Translations under genes and position numbers: made by a program
Source of the DNA: Octopus vulgaris
Lineage: Eukaryota
Length of the DNA: 64,000 bases
Assembly (NCBI GenBank): GCA_951406725.2
Contig: OX597823.1
Coordinates: 97,216,001 to 97,280,000, forward strand
Direction: 5' to 3'
Shown: positions 39,471 through 52,400 of the stretch, one piece after another
How the letters are laid out: every line of letters begins with the position of its first letter
Numbering within the stretch: position 1 is the stretch's first letter
The notes under the pieces: model-generated
Database searches by the model: none
Told to the model about the DNA's origin: nothing
What the model saw: only the letters and a program-made list of their open reading frames with translations

Positions 39471-42279
39471 TAAAACTATTGTTTCACGCTGCAATTTTGT
39501 TTATCTTCGACTGAATCCGCAGTTCTTATGTAAGTTCATAGTATGAGCATAGTGGACTGCCCTAACCAAATAAATAAATAAACAACGATTGTAACAATAA
39601 CATATAGTTTTTAGGACCTTCAGGAGTAGATAAAATAATATGGAAATCGATATTGTGGTGCACCTGAGCACTGTATACAATAATTTCATTATCATTATCA
39701 TATTTTTTTCGGTATTTGAATAGCATCTGCATTTTCTTTCAATGTATCGAATTTAAAATTAATTGCTTTCGGCATTTTTTTTTCTCGCTTTATCGAGCTT
39801 CACAAAACTTATTTAGTTTTGTATCATATACCACTGCTAAGCAATATCGGCAGCACCATTTTTTTAGTTTTAAGATTTTAAGCAACTAATTACAATAACA
39901 AAACCCGTGCCTGCAAACCGTCGTCAACGGAAGCAAACTGAAGGAAATGGTACGTTATTGATTTATCTTCCCATTGAACTTTTCCGTTTAAGAAAGTCGT
40001 CAGGTGGCAGCACGCACACACACACACATACATACATACACATATACATACACACACACAAATAAACACACATGTATATATACACGTGTGTGTAAACACA
40101 ATCTCGTTGTTGGACGGCATGGCTCATTCCGTAGTCAATGTCCTTGCGGCGACTCAAGGTACAAGACTTTATTTTGCTATAATCAAATTATTTACGACAT
40201 TCTTTTTAACTGCTTGGCTGCCTAGAGTAATCTTTTAACTACCTGTAAAAAACAATCGAAGCTGTTTGTGTGTTTGCAAGAAGCATTACTACTTTATATA
40301 AACAATTAGGAGGAAGAAAGCAGCTTCGAGATTCCATTTCATTCATCCTCCTGTTTAAAATTGTGATGTTTATATTCACATAATATTCTGTTTAAAGATA
40401 GAGACAGCAGCTCTGTCATACGATGAAATTGACCGGTATATATGTATGTAACTGAACATAAACCTAATTTAATTTTTTATATTGATTTCCGGTGATGTGT
40501 AAACTAATCTAGAACAGTAGTGTACGTATATTTTCTTCGTTAATTAACGTTGTGCTAATTAAAAAGCAGCAACGTAGAAGTAAATAAGCTGTGCTCTCTC
40601 TCCCTTCTTCACTTTCACTTCGCATTATGTATTGGTAAACCACTCTCGTAAAACATGTGAAGAAGCCGGTCGCTCGGCCAGCTAGAAATAACGGTCAAAT
40701 CTTCTTCAGATCAGGATCATTTCGTCTTAGAAAATGGCATATAAATGTGACCATGGGCTCGTTGTACTCTGCCAAAAGACAGATGGCCATGGTTGGAATG
40801 TCTTTGATCATAGGCCTAAATACACCTACATTGTGGATGTGTGTGTATATACTTGAATATTTATATGTATGTTTTGTATTTTACGAAGCTTGAATGATCG
40901 AATGGAAACTATTACACCCTATTCTCTTGTCAATGAGGGAAATCTCTATATAGCTGCTAGACCCTTACAAAAATAGCAGCCAATTCTTCCTTAAATAGCA
41001 CCCTACTGCCTTATGTATGTTTTTTTTTTCTGTATGAGCCAACGAGGAAGACCTCTACATGGTAGTTACATATGTTAGAAATTGCAGCCAAATCTCTTTA
41101 TAAGGACAGGTTTTCGATCGACTTGCTAGAAATCGTAGATAATGTCTCCCACTGACCTAAGGGCTAAAGAACAATAATAAAATCTTCACCACTATCATTA
41201 CTACTATTTGGTAGCAGTGGTGGTGGTGATATTGCTTGTAATATTCCCAACTCCACCACTAGAACGACAACAACCACTGCAACAACCTCCAACGTAACCA
41301 GTATTAATACTACCACCGCCAATACTAACAGCCACCACACTTTAATGGTTGTTAGCAGTTGTAACACGCAATATCACCATCACTACAGCCACCATATAGT
41401 GTTATCATTTATTGTTGTTTAACCCCAGATCAGGTCACATCTGTGATTTGAGATCAAAATTGGATGCATTATATTGGCTGAAATTCCAGACAATTTCAAT
41501 CTTTAAAGGATCGTAATTTTATTTAGTATTTCTCGAAAAATGGTCTTGATTTTTGTAATTAGCATGAAAAACTACAGCGTGTAGAAATTTTCGAAAAATT
41601 GGATCTGATATGTTAAACCGAAAAGATTTCAAATTAATGAATGTACTGAGTTCAATTCCTCCAACATCACCTCATAAAATTGGCCGTTGTCCAGTTAGAA
41701 GTACGTGCCTCTGTGAGTCATCCGAGTTAAATTTATTTATTCGTGTGAACTCGGTTGACACGAGTTTTCCTCCTACTCACCATTGGCTTAACTCATAAAT
41801 TTGTCTGAAGATTGCATTAGATTGTCTTAAAGTATTTACAAATTTAAGCATTAATTCCCAACACCTTTTAAACCTATTTGCAAAGATAATTAACGAGAGA
41901 AAAAATTGTACAATACATAATTACAAATTACTATTACTGTTTTAGTAAATTTATCTTTTCATCTTGCATTAAAAAGTTTATTTCTTTTTAATCATAGTAC
42001 ACATGTGGCTGGTGTATACCCTACCTGCATTATATCGTTAGCTTCTATTACATTCTGCAAAACTGAACTAAACAGTCGAATGACGTGATTTAATGAATTA
42101 AAGCAATTTAAAACCAGGGGGAACCATAGTTGGAAAATATACACACTTGGCTCGGCCGACAAAGTTTTCAAAGGCAGCGGTCCCCAATTTTTTTTTTATC
42201 ATAGACCGTTTTCATGCAAGACACTTTTCCGTGGACTGGGGAATCATACACGTAACAAAACACAATTAAGTGCATAATC

Positions 42280-44535
42280 TTTTATTTCTTACTCGTTTCA
42301 GTCATTAGACCGGGGCTAAACTGGAGCACCGCCTTGAGGAATTCTAGTCGAACTCATCGACCCCAGTACTTCTTTTTTTTTTTTTTTTTTAAGCGTGGTA
42401 CTTATTCTATCGGTATCTTTTGCCGAACTGCTAAGTTACGGGGACTTAAACATACCAGTACCGGTTGTCAAACAGTGGTGGGTGACAAATACACACATGT
42501 TTATATGCGATGGGCTTCTTTCAGTTTCTGTTTACCAAATCCATTCACAAGGATTTGGCAGTCCTGAGGCTATAGTAGAGGACACTTGCTTAAAGGTGCT
42601 ACATGGTGAGACTGGACCTTACTTTATGTGGCCAAATTCCTAAATATGGCTTGAGTGTCAAACCATTTGCTCATTAAAAGTCTCTTGTTCTGTGCCTATT
42701 TAATGATATGAAATCTGAGATTTCTCAGATAAAATTATCATATAATTTTACAAGAAAATGCTTTAATAGTGAAGATAAAATTTGTAAATTTATAAATTTA
42801 TGGGCTTCCTAAAATCTTAAATATCTTTAAGAAAGTATCTTGAAACTGATAATGACGCTTGAACACTTGTTTTTGAATATATATATATATATGTATAGGT
42901 GCAGGCATGGCTGTTTGGTAAGAAGCTTGCTTCCCAACCACATGGTTCCAGGTTCAATCCCAATGTGTGACACCTTGGTCAAGTGTCTTCTACCATAGCC
43001 TCAGGCCAACCAAAGCCTTGTGAGTGGATTTGGTAGGCAGAAAACTGAAAGATGCTCATATATATGTATGTATGTTTGTGTGTCTGTGTTTGTTCCACAC
43101 TGTTACTTAACAACTGATGTTGGTGTTTTTACATCCCTATAACTTAGCAGTTTGGCAAAAGAGACCTATAGAATAAGTACTTGGCTTACAAAGAATAAGT
43201 TCTGGGGTCATTTTGTTTGACCAAAGGCAGTGTTCCAGCATGACCGCATATATATATATATATATATATAGATGCAGACATGGCTATGTGGTAAAAAGCT
43301 TGCTTCCCAACCACATTGTTTCCAGTTCAGTCTCACTGCATGGCACCTTGGGCAAGTGTCTTCTACTGTAGCCTCAGGCTAACCAAAGCCCTGTGAGCGA
43401 ATTTGGTAGAAGGAAACTGAAAGAAACCTGCTGTGTACATGTGTATGTGTATATATTTATGTCTGTGACAACCAATGTTGGTGTGTTTACATCTCTGTAA
43501 CTTAGTGGTTTGGCATAAGATACTGTTAGAATAAGTACTAGGCTTACAAAGAATAAGTCCTGGGGTCAACTTCTTCAACTAAAAAAACATGGCTGCAGTC
43601 AATGACTGAAACAAGTAAAAGAATAAAAGAGATATACCGTAAATTCTCGAGTATAGTCCGCCCTTGAGTATAATACGCAGGAGATTTTCAGGGGGCTGTA
43701 CCTCTGAAAAATCTAAACCTTGTGTATAATACACATCCCTTCTCTAACTTGAGTCAAGGAGGTCTATATAACGTCTTTGGTTTGTAAAAATGCATACGGT
43801 AACGTCCTTTATTATTATTGTATATATAACATAATGCAAACGTGTAGCTTTTTTTGTGTATTTTGTTTGCAGAAAATAAAGAAATAACAGTAATAACATT
43901 TAATAAATGTTGCTTGCTGCAAGTTATGGATGATTCTTTTATGACTTCATTGCTTTCAGGTTTAGCTTAAGGTATTTTCACGTCCAACATCACAAAATGC
44001 GTCTGCATAAACATTGCCAGACAGCAAATAAAGACTTGGACATTGCTTAGAAAATATTTTTCATTTTTAACCTCGTATATAGTACTCACTGGGGATTTTG
44101 ACCATTAAATTTTGGGAAAAAAATGCGGATTATACTCGAGGATTTACTGTATATGTGTATATACATATGTATGTAGGCGCAGGCATGGCTGTGTGGCTAA
44201 GAAACTTGCTTTGCAGCCATGTAGTTTTGGATTCAGTCCCATTGCACAGCACCCTGGGCAAGTGTCTTCTACTTTAGCCCTGGGCTGATCAATGCCTCAT
44301 GAATGAATTTGGTTGACAGAAACTGTGAAAGCTCATTGCTTGTGTGTATATATATTTATATATATATATATACATATACACACACATATGTCTATGTTTG
44401 TATGCCTGTGTTTGTCCCGATTGCTTGATGACTGGTGTTGGTTTGTTTATGTCCCCATAACTTAGCAGTTTGACAAAGGCGACTGATAGAATAAGCACCA
44501 GACTTAAAAACAAGTACTGAGGTTGATTTGTTCAT
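42280..44535. mobile_element. Cluster of decayed SINE family B copies (42280-42630 -, 42897-43248 +, 43272-43631 +, 44175-44535 +)
   Basis: Similarity to the family B consensus with many CpG>TpG/CpA changes. Confidence 0.85.
43637..44149. mobile_element. pogo/Tc2-type MITE
   Basis: TIR CCGTAAATTCTCGAGTATAGTCCGC / GCGGATTATACTCGAGGATTTACTG; TA TSD. Confidence 0.85.
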
Positions 44536-45075
44536 TGTGATCTGAATACTAAAGTTTCTCCTCGTAAAGCAGTTCTGTAATGTCAAACTGACCTGACCTC
44601 TCACCTCTACCCTACCATGTCGTTGTAGAAGTAAACAACCATATCATTGAAATCTCAATGCATGAATAAATTTGACAGTGATCTGATTACTAAAGGGTTA
44701 AGAATCTTATTGCTTTCTTAACTACAGTTATGACCTTATCAGTAAATCATATTTCTTCTCTTAAATAACTCTGAAGATATGATTTTTGCTTATGTAAGTA
44801 TAGTTTAGATTAAAATTAAGTGTAAGCAATTATATATGTTCTGTTTGAAGTGTCATAATCTCCATTAGATAAAACATTCACTTTGTTAAATAATTTTTGA
44901 ATTGTTTATTTATAAAATGAAGATGGTCAAGATATGCATTGCTTTTATTGTTATTAGAGATTTATAACATTGGGGTATAATTATTATTGCATTAGCAAAG
45001 GTATTTTGCCTATCTTAATTATGAAATTTATCATTTTGTCAGTTGTGCTTAAATTCTATGCACATATATGTACAT

Positions 45076-45201
45076 AGGCTTAAGAGTGGCTGTGTGGTAA
45101 GTAGCTTGCTTATGAACCACATGGTTCCAGGTTCAGTCCCACTGCGTGGCACCTTGGGCAAGTGTCTTCTACTATAGCCTGAAAGAAGGTCGTCATATGT
45201 A

Positions 45202-45236
<35 letters not shown>

Positions 45237-45477
45237 GTGTGTATATATGTGTGTGTGTGTGTATATATGTTTGTGTGTCTGTGTTTGTTCCCCCAACATC
45301 GCTTGGCAACCGATGCTGGTGTGTTTACATCCCCGTAACTTAGCGGTTCAGCAAAAGAGACCGATAGAATGAGTACTTGGCTTACAAAGAATAAGTCCTG
45401 GAGTCGATTTGCTTGAAGAAAGGCGGTGCTCCAGCATGGCCACAGTCAAATGACTGAAACAAGTAAAAAAGAAAAGA
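45076..45477 (+). mobile_element. SINE family B
   Basis: Forward copy with a small internal deletion. Confidence 0.9.
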
Positions 45478-45622
45478 GGCCTTTTTGAGAGTATTTTTGA
45501 ATCGTTAATGCATGTTAGCTGCACTTTCTTATAATGTGAATGAGCAAATTTTATGTTCAGACTTAATTATATCATCTTGTATTATGCTGAAGATTACTTT
45601 CCATCCTTTGGAATCTCCTTTT

Positions 45623-46011
45623 GTTTTACTCTTTTACTTGTTTCAGTTATTTGACTGTGGCCATGCTGGAGCACTGCCTTTAGTCAAGCAAATCAACCCC
45701 AGGACTTATTCTTTGTAAGCCTAGTACTTATTCTATTGGTCTCTTTTGCCGAATTGCTAAGTTACGGGAACGTAAACACACCAGCATCGGATGTCAAGCG
45801 ATGCTGGTGGAGACAAACAGACACAAACACACACACACATATATATACATATATATGACGGGCTTCTTTCAGTTTCCATCTACCAAATCCACTCACAAGG
45901 CTTTGGTTGACCTGAGGCTATAGTAGAAGACATTTGCCCAACGTGCCATGCAGTGGGACTGAACCTGGAACCATGAGGTTGGTAAGCCAGCTACTTACCA
46001 CTCCTGCGCCT
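45623..46011 (-). mobile_element. SINE family B
   Basis: Full reverse copy, inverted relative to 45076. Confidence 0.9.
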
Positions 46012-46131
46012 ATGTTTTTTTAAAAAAATGTTTGTTTTTGTTTTTATTTCATGTGTTCTCATGTGTATCTTCTTGTTCTTCCTTGCAGTGGAACTTTGTT
46101 GGGAAAGCAATCAGAAAAAATAAAAATAGTT

Positions 46132-46452
46132 ATGAAGAGAATATTTTGGAGCAAATACCGAATTCTTTTGTTGCTGCTGGGGATGACAGCTAGCTTATAC
46201 ATTCTATTTCTCTATTATTCCATGTCGAAACTGGATGCGGTCAACAGTAATTCCTTTCTATTAGAAAGAAGAAATATTATTAAAGTGGCAGCATTGCATG
46301 ATAAAATGCAGGAAATTCCAGAAATTTCAGTTGTTTCAAGAGTACAGCAATCCAGACTGCACTCAAAAGTTAAAATAAGAGGTGTATTTCTTGATCAAAT
46401 GCACCTTTATTTTCCAACAAAGAACAACACATTTCAATGTCTGCATTCCAAG
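46132..46452 (+). CDS. PRKCSH-like: PRKCSH-like coding exon 1 (signal-anchor, stem, start of G2B domain)
   Basis: Acceptor at 46088, ATG at 46132, AAG|GTAAGC donor. Confidence 0.85.
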
Positions 46453-49400
46453 GTAAGCATTTTAACTCCTGTGGTATCAAGAAACACTTCTCGCTCATAT
46501 GGGTCACTTCTTCTAATGTCTGTGCATACCTATAGATGTTTACACACACACACAAACACTTACACATGTAAAGACAGTATTCTTCTGGGACCGTGTATTA
46601 AATATGAAAAAAAAATAAGCAAGGATAAAGAAAATAAATTGAAATCTTGTGTAAAGTGGTTGGCATTAGGAAGGGCATCCAGCCATAGAAACCATGCTAA
46701 ATCAGACTGGAGTTTGGTGCAGCTTGCCAGCCCTGATCAAACCATCCAACCCATGCCAGCATGGACAACAGACATTATAAGATTATCATCATCATCATCG
46801 TTTAACATCTGCTTTCCATGCTAGCATGGGTTGGACGATTTTGACTGAGGGCTGGCAAACCAGATGGCTGCACCAGTGTCCAATCTTGATCTGGTAGAGT
46901 TTCTACAGCTGGATGCCCTTCCTAATGCCAACCACTCCGAGAGTGTAGTAGTTGCTTTTTACATGCCGCCGGCATGTAAAAGATGATATATATATATACA
47001 AAATAAGAAAATGGAGAAATATATCTAAATCATTCATCAACTATCAGATAATACCGAATCATATACTTTATTAAAACACTACACAAGAGCATTAAGATTA
47101 GACATTAATACAGTACAATAATTACAATCAATATAATGAGATATAACTAAATAAAATAACAAGATATAAAAATACATATACATTATCACTGACAGCTGTT
47201 TCGGTCATGCAGATAGGTATGTCTCATTTAACCTATATTAGCCATATATTGCAGGTATAAATGAGACATTAACAAATATATCTTACGGCCTCTTCGGAGA
47301 TTCTAATGTAAGTATGAGTACATACCCAAAAATCATTTACATATAAATATAAATATGGGTGCATATATACTCATATCCTTATATATATACACATACGTAA
47401 TAATATAAATAATATAAATCAATATATATCAATAAACATAATAATGTTCTATATTGAATGTTACAGTTCCTCAACCAATATTAAGAAATTACAACAGTTA
47501 TATTCATACTTAATGCAGACATATATAGTGAACAGTTCATTATATTAATTTGTGTTACTTTACAAAAAGTCAATAATGCTAATACCAATACCGTTATCAA
47601 TAACAATATTCTTACTACTAACAACATTACTAATAAAACAATACATATATCTCACAATTAACAACATAGTAGCAACACTGAAGACCAATAAATACCACCA
47701 TAGTATTATTCAAGGCAAATAGATATCTTCATATATATGCAATCAGTCAAATTCTTCTGTTTGCATGGTATTAATTTCCACAGATGCATTCGATTGGCCT
47801 ATACTTTTAAATTTGAATTACAATAGATATTTTACGGTTAGTTAGCTATATGAATGTTGTAGTTCGCTTGAAGCATTGTGATATCAAAGAATGTGGAAAG
47901 AGGGAAAATAGACAGCTTCTAACAATGCCAAAAGTTTGATAAAACCTTAATATATTTCAGGCTCAAAGTCCCATCTTCAGAAGAGAAGAACAGTCAAAGA
48001 AAAGTCCAGTTGTGTAGGATCCATTACTCCATTTAAACTCTCCAGCATTTATAAACACTTAACCCCCATCATCCCTACCCTTTCCTCTTCCTAACCTTTC
48101 CTACTTATTATCCTTCAACACTTATTCACAATATTCACCCTGACCCTGTCTCTTGCTCACCCATACAATCTGTACCTTCCCTTGTCCCCTTTCACTTCTG
48201 CTCACCTCGTATCCTGAGGGTCCACTCTATCACCTAATCATTTCTTTTCCATCTCTTTCCAGCTCCACTCTCTCTCCTCAAAACCCTCTGGTTCCTTGTT
48301 TCTCACTTCAACCTTTCATCCCATAGCATAAAACTACCTTCCTCTCTACTACACCCCCACTTAACTGCAGAAGAGAAGCCATATGGTAACATCACTAGTG
48401 CTGGTGCCATGAAAAAGCACACAATACAAGCTGCAGAATCATTAGCATCAAGAAGGGCATCACAGTTCATGACTTTTGGAAGGGATACGATATCTACAAG
48501 GCTGTACAGAACATAGCAGTGGCATGGAATGATGTACAGAGCAAGCTATGAATAGTGTATGGAAGAAGCTATGCCCACAATTCATGAATGATTTTAAGGG
48601 GTTTGATAATGTTGCCATCAACAAAAACATTGTAACTATGCCAAGCCAGATGCTGGTTGCTGTCTTCAGACACACATTAGATCCTCTCAAACCATCCACC
48701 CATGCCAGCATGGAACATGGACATTAGTAATGATGACAATGTTGTGTGTGTGTGTGTGTGTGTCTTCCTGTCTTGAAACTGCGCAGCAGTTATAAAACAA
48801 GCACCACCATAATGCAATCAATGTCATTTGTTTCCTGCATTACTTGAAAATCATGTCTGGTCATGAGGAAACTGATGAGGTTTGGCAACTGGATGGGTAT
48901 CTGGCCAAAGAAAATTTGCCTGAACAAATTCCATCTGACCCATGCAAGCATGGAAAAGTAGACATTAAATCAATGATGAAGATGATATAGATCTCTGCTT
49001 GCGAAGACCTGTTGAGGCAAGTGAAATCAAATTCGATGACTGGCGTCCGTGCTAGCAGGGTGAAATGAAACCACACAAGTGTGATCCTTGACCGAGCGGC
49101 TAACCAGCTTCCGTGCCAGTGGAACTTAAAAGGCACCATTCGAGTGTGATCGTTACCAGTGTCGCCCTACTGGCACTCGAGCCCTGTGCTAGTAGGGTGC
49201 TAAGAGCACCATCCGAGTGTGATCGTTGCCAGAGCAGCTAACTGGTTTCCATGCTGGTGGCATGTGTAAAAGATTTGAGCGAGGTCGTTGCCAGTACCAC
49301 CAGACTGGCCCCATACCGTTGGCACGTAAAAGCACCCACTACACTTTCAGAGTGGTTGGTGTTAGGAAGGGCATCCAGCAGTAGAAACTCTGCTAGATCA

Positions 49401-52400
49401 AGATTGAAGCCTGGTGCAGCCATCTGGTTCACCAGCCCTCAGTCAAATCATCCAATCTATTCTAGCATGGAAAGCGGACGTTAAACGATGATGATGATAA
49501 GTGCACACACACACACATCTTTATATGAATAAACATAAAATACAGCTTCCATGCTGGTGGCACGTAAAATGCACCATTCGAGCGTGATTGTTACCAGCGT
49601 CGCCTTGCTGGCACTTGTGCCGGTGCCATGTGAAAATACATTCGAGCAAGGTCGTTGCCAGTGCCGCTGGACTGGCTCCTGTGCAGGTGACACGTAAAAA
49701 ATACCGTTTGAACGTGGCCATTGCCAGTACCGCCTGACTGACTCTCATGCCGGTGGCACGTAAAAGCACCCACTACACTCTCGGAGTGGTTGGCTTTAGA
49801 AAGGGCATCCAGCTGTAGAAACTCTGCCAGATCAGATTGGAGCCTGGTGCAGCCATCTGGTTCACCAGTCCTCAGTGAAATCGTCCAACCCATGCTAGTA
49901 TGTAAAGTGGACGTTAAACGATGATGACAGTGGTCAAGAGTTCAAACTTTGATAAGGCTATTGTGTCTCTGAGCAAAGCAAAACTCTTCTTGCATGATTT
50001 TGTCTTATTGATAAAAGGCTCCCTTCTTTTTAATTTTAATCTTATGGTTAGCAGTAGGAAGGGTTCCTGTTACCACAAGTAATTATAAACAAGAAGAAGG
50101 TTATCAATCAAGTAAAATTATGTCTGTACTGAGGAAGAAAATTCATTATCAATGACTATTTCTGGTGAAGAAAACAGGCGAGAGAGTCACAGAATTGTAA
50201 ATAATTAAAAATAGAATGAGTTTGATCTTTGTTAGTTCAGTGGCAACATCAGACTTCTTTCAATTTTATTAGACCTCATCAGCAGTGCATAGTATAACCA
50301 TTAATGTCTGATCTTTAGAATTTATATGTATAAAATCTAATAAGAATAAAACCAATTTATAAATGTATTCGTTTACAATTTTGTTAATTATCTCTTTTGA
50401 TACCAACTCACCTGAAACTGTCTTCGATTCTATGAATCAAATTTCCTGTTTTAAATTGATCTGAATTAAAACCATCAATCAAATTTTTTTTAAATTTATG
50501 TTTCAAAAACCAGCTTAATAATAACAATGGTGTTTTACTAAATTTTTCATTAACTTCAAAATTGATTAAAACAAATGATATGTATTTAAAAAAGATATGG
50601 TAATAAAAAGCTAGAATATCTATTTTAAAACCTTCACCTACAAAACTTTGTATTCAAATTTATTTATTATCTACAGTGGACTGAATTATTTTTCATTGTG
50701 TTTTAATCCAAATGTTTATTTGAATGGTTTACAAAATGACTAATATTTTGGCCTTTCATTTCAGCAACAGATTCCATACCAGCATTTGAATGATGATTTC
50801 TGTGATTGCAATGATAACTCTGATGAACCTGGAACTTCAGCTTGTCATTCATCAAAGTAAGACATCTAAAATATACTATTTCAGTTTATTAGACTGCAAC
50901 CATGCTGAGGTACTACTTTGAAGAATTTTTAGCAAATGAATCAACCCCATTACAGGCATACCTCACCTTAAGTCATTTTGATTTAAGTTGTTCTCAATTA
51001 TACATCGGTTTTCAAAAATAATATATGAAAAAATAAAAGTCAAGTCATTTTACTCAACTTTACGTCTGTCTGATACAAATATTGGAATTGTAAAATCACT
51101 ATTCAAAATTACTATAAATAGCTGAGTTTTGCATCAGGACACCCATGAGTTGGATTATCTCCATTTTGACAGGGATTTCCTCCTTTTTTTTTTATTTTTT
51201 CGTCACAGCCTTAGAAATGATGTAGGGAAGCTTTTCAGGAAAAAAAACTTGGGAAAATTTTTGACCCCCTCCCCTTTTTTGCATTACACTCTTAAAAACG
51301 ATAGGAGAATATTTTCAGGCAAAAAGGTGTGTGATTTAACTGTTGTTTCTAACACATCCCACGACCATCTGGTACGACCATCTCAGAATTGCATGAATAC
51401 TTAAATTAAAACACAAACGAAATCTCAAAACCAGTTCTTTGCTTTAGCTTTTAAAAGCATAAATTAACATCATTAAAAACATCTGTAACTTAGAGTAAAC
51501 TCATTAGGAGAAAGAGAAAAAAACAACAAACAAATAAGTAAACACTACCACAGATTGTCCTACTGTATTCAAAATCAGAAGAAAAAAGAACTCGCATCTG
51601 ACTTTAATAGACTACAAAGTAATATTCATTGCACAATGTAATTTTTATTGCTGAAATTTGACCAATATTTCTCAAAGGAAAACAAAATTTATACATACAG
51701 GAAGAATATCCACTTGATAAAATTTAAATGTCACTCTCCATACATTGTTTAAACAGTGAGAGGGGAATAAACAATATTCTTAACCCAATGATCCAATGCT
51801 AGTTTTAGCCTCTAGAAGACTCAATTTGGTGCATTTTTTTATAGAGATATATGTTTACTTATTAACTAGTTCGTCCATTTCTTGAAATTCTGACTCAAAT
51901 TCAATATTTGAAGCCTTGGATCTGTGTTCCTACCATGTGGGAATACAGCAGTTTGACAAGTAGTGTCAGTACACCATCTTCTTTATTGACTTCATAATGC
52001 TCTTTGCTGTATCATGGCCAGATTCAGCAATGACCATACAGGATTTGCAAGAAATTTTTCTTTATGTTATAAAAATCTTGAAGAAAATATATTCTTTTCT
52101 AAATGGAAATTGACAATAAGATTTTCACTTTTATATTTCATAATGATTATTTAACCTATCCCTATCAATTTTAATATCAAAATAAGCAAAAACATTCCTC
52201 TTCATGCCTATGATTTTTGGTGCAAATTGTGTTACAGCACTCCAGCACATTGAACTAGAATGAGGGCCACCATTCACCAGTCAAAAAAAGTTGTGGGGAG
52301 CAAACTTTGTGAATGGGTGGAAATAACAGGGTAATTGAGGGACCCTGGCATGATATGTAAGTGTCGGATTTTGCATGAGGAGGAAGTTCACATCCAGAAC

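Noticed and set aside
46453-46824. C-terminal half of the 257-aa ORF 46051-46824
   Set aside because: Read-through into the intron and family C repeat after the GTAAGC donor; homology continues at 50765
49030-49760. Regularly spaced ~50-bp repeats resembling a CRISPR array
   Set aside because: Degenerate internal tandem units of the family C retroposon, no unique spacers or cas genes, eukaryotic context
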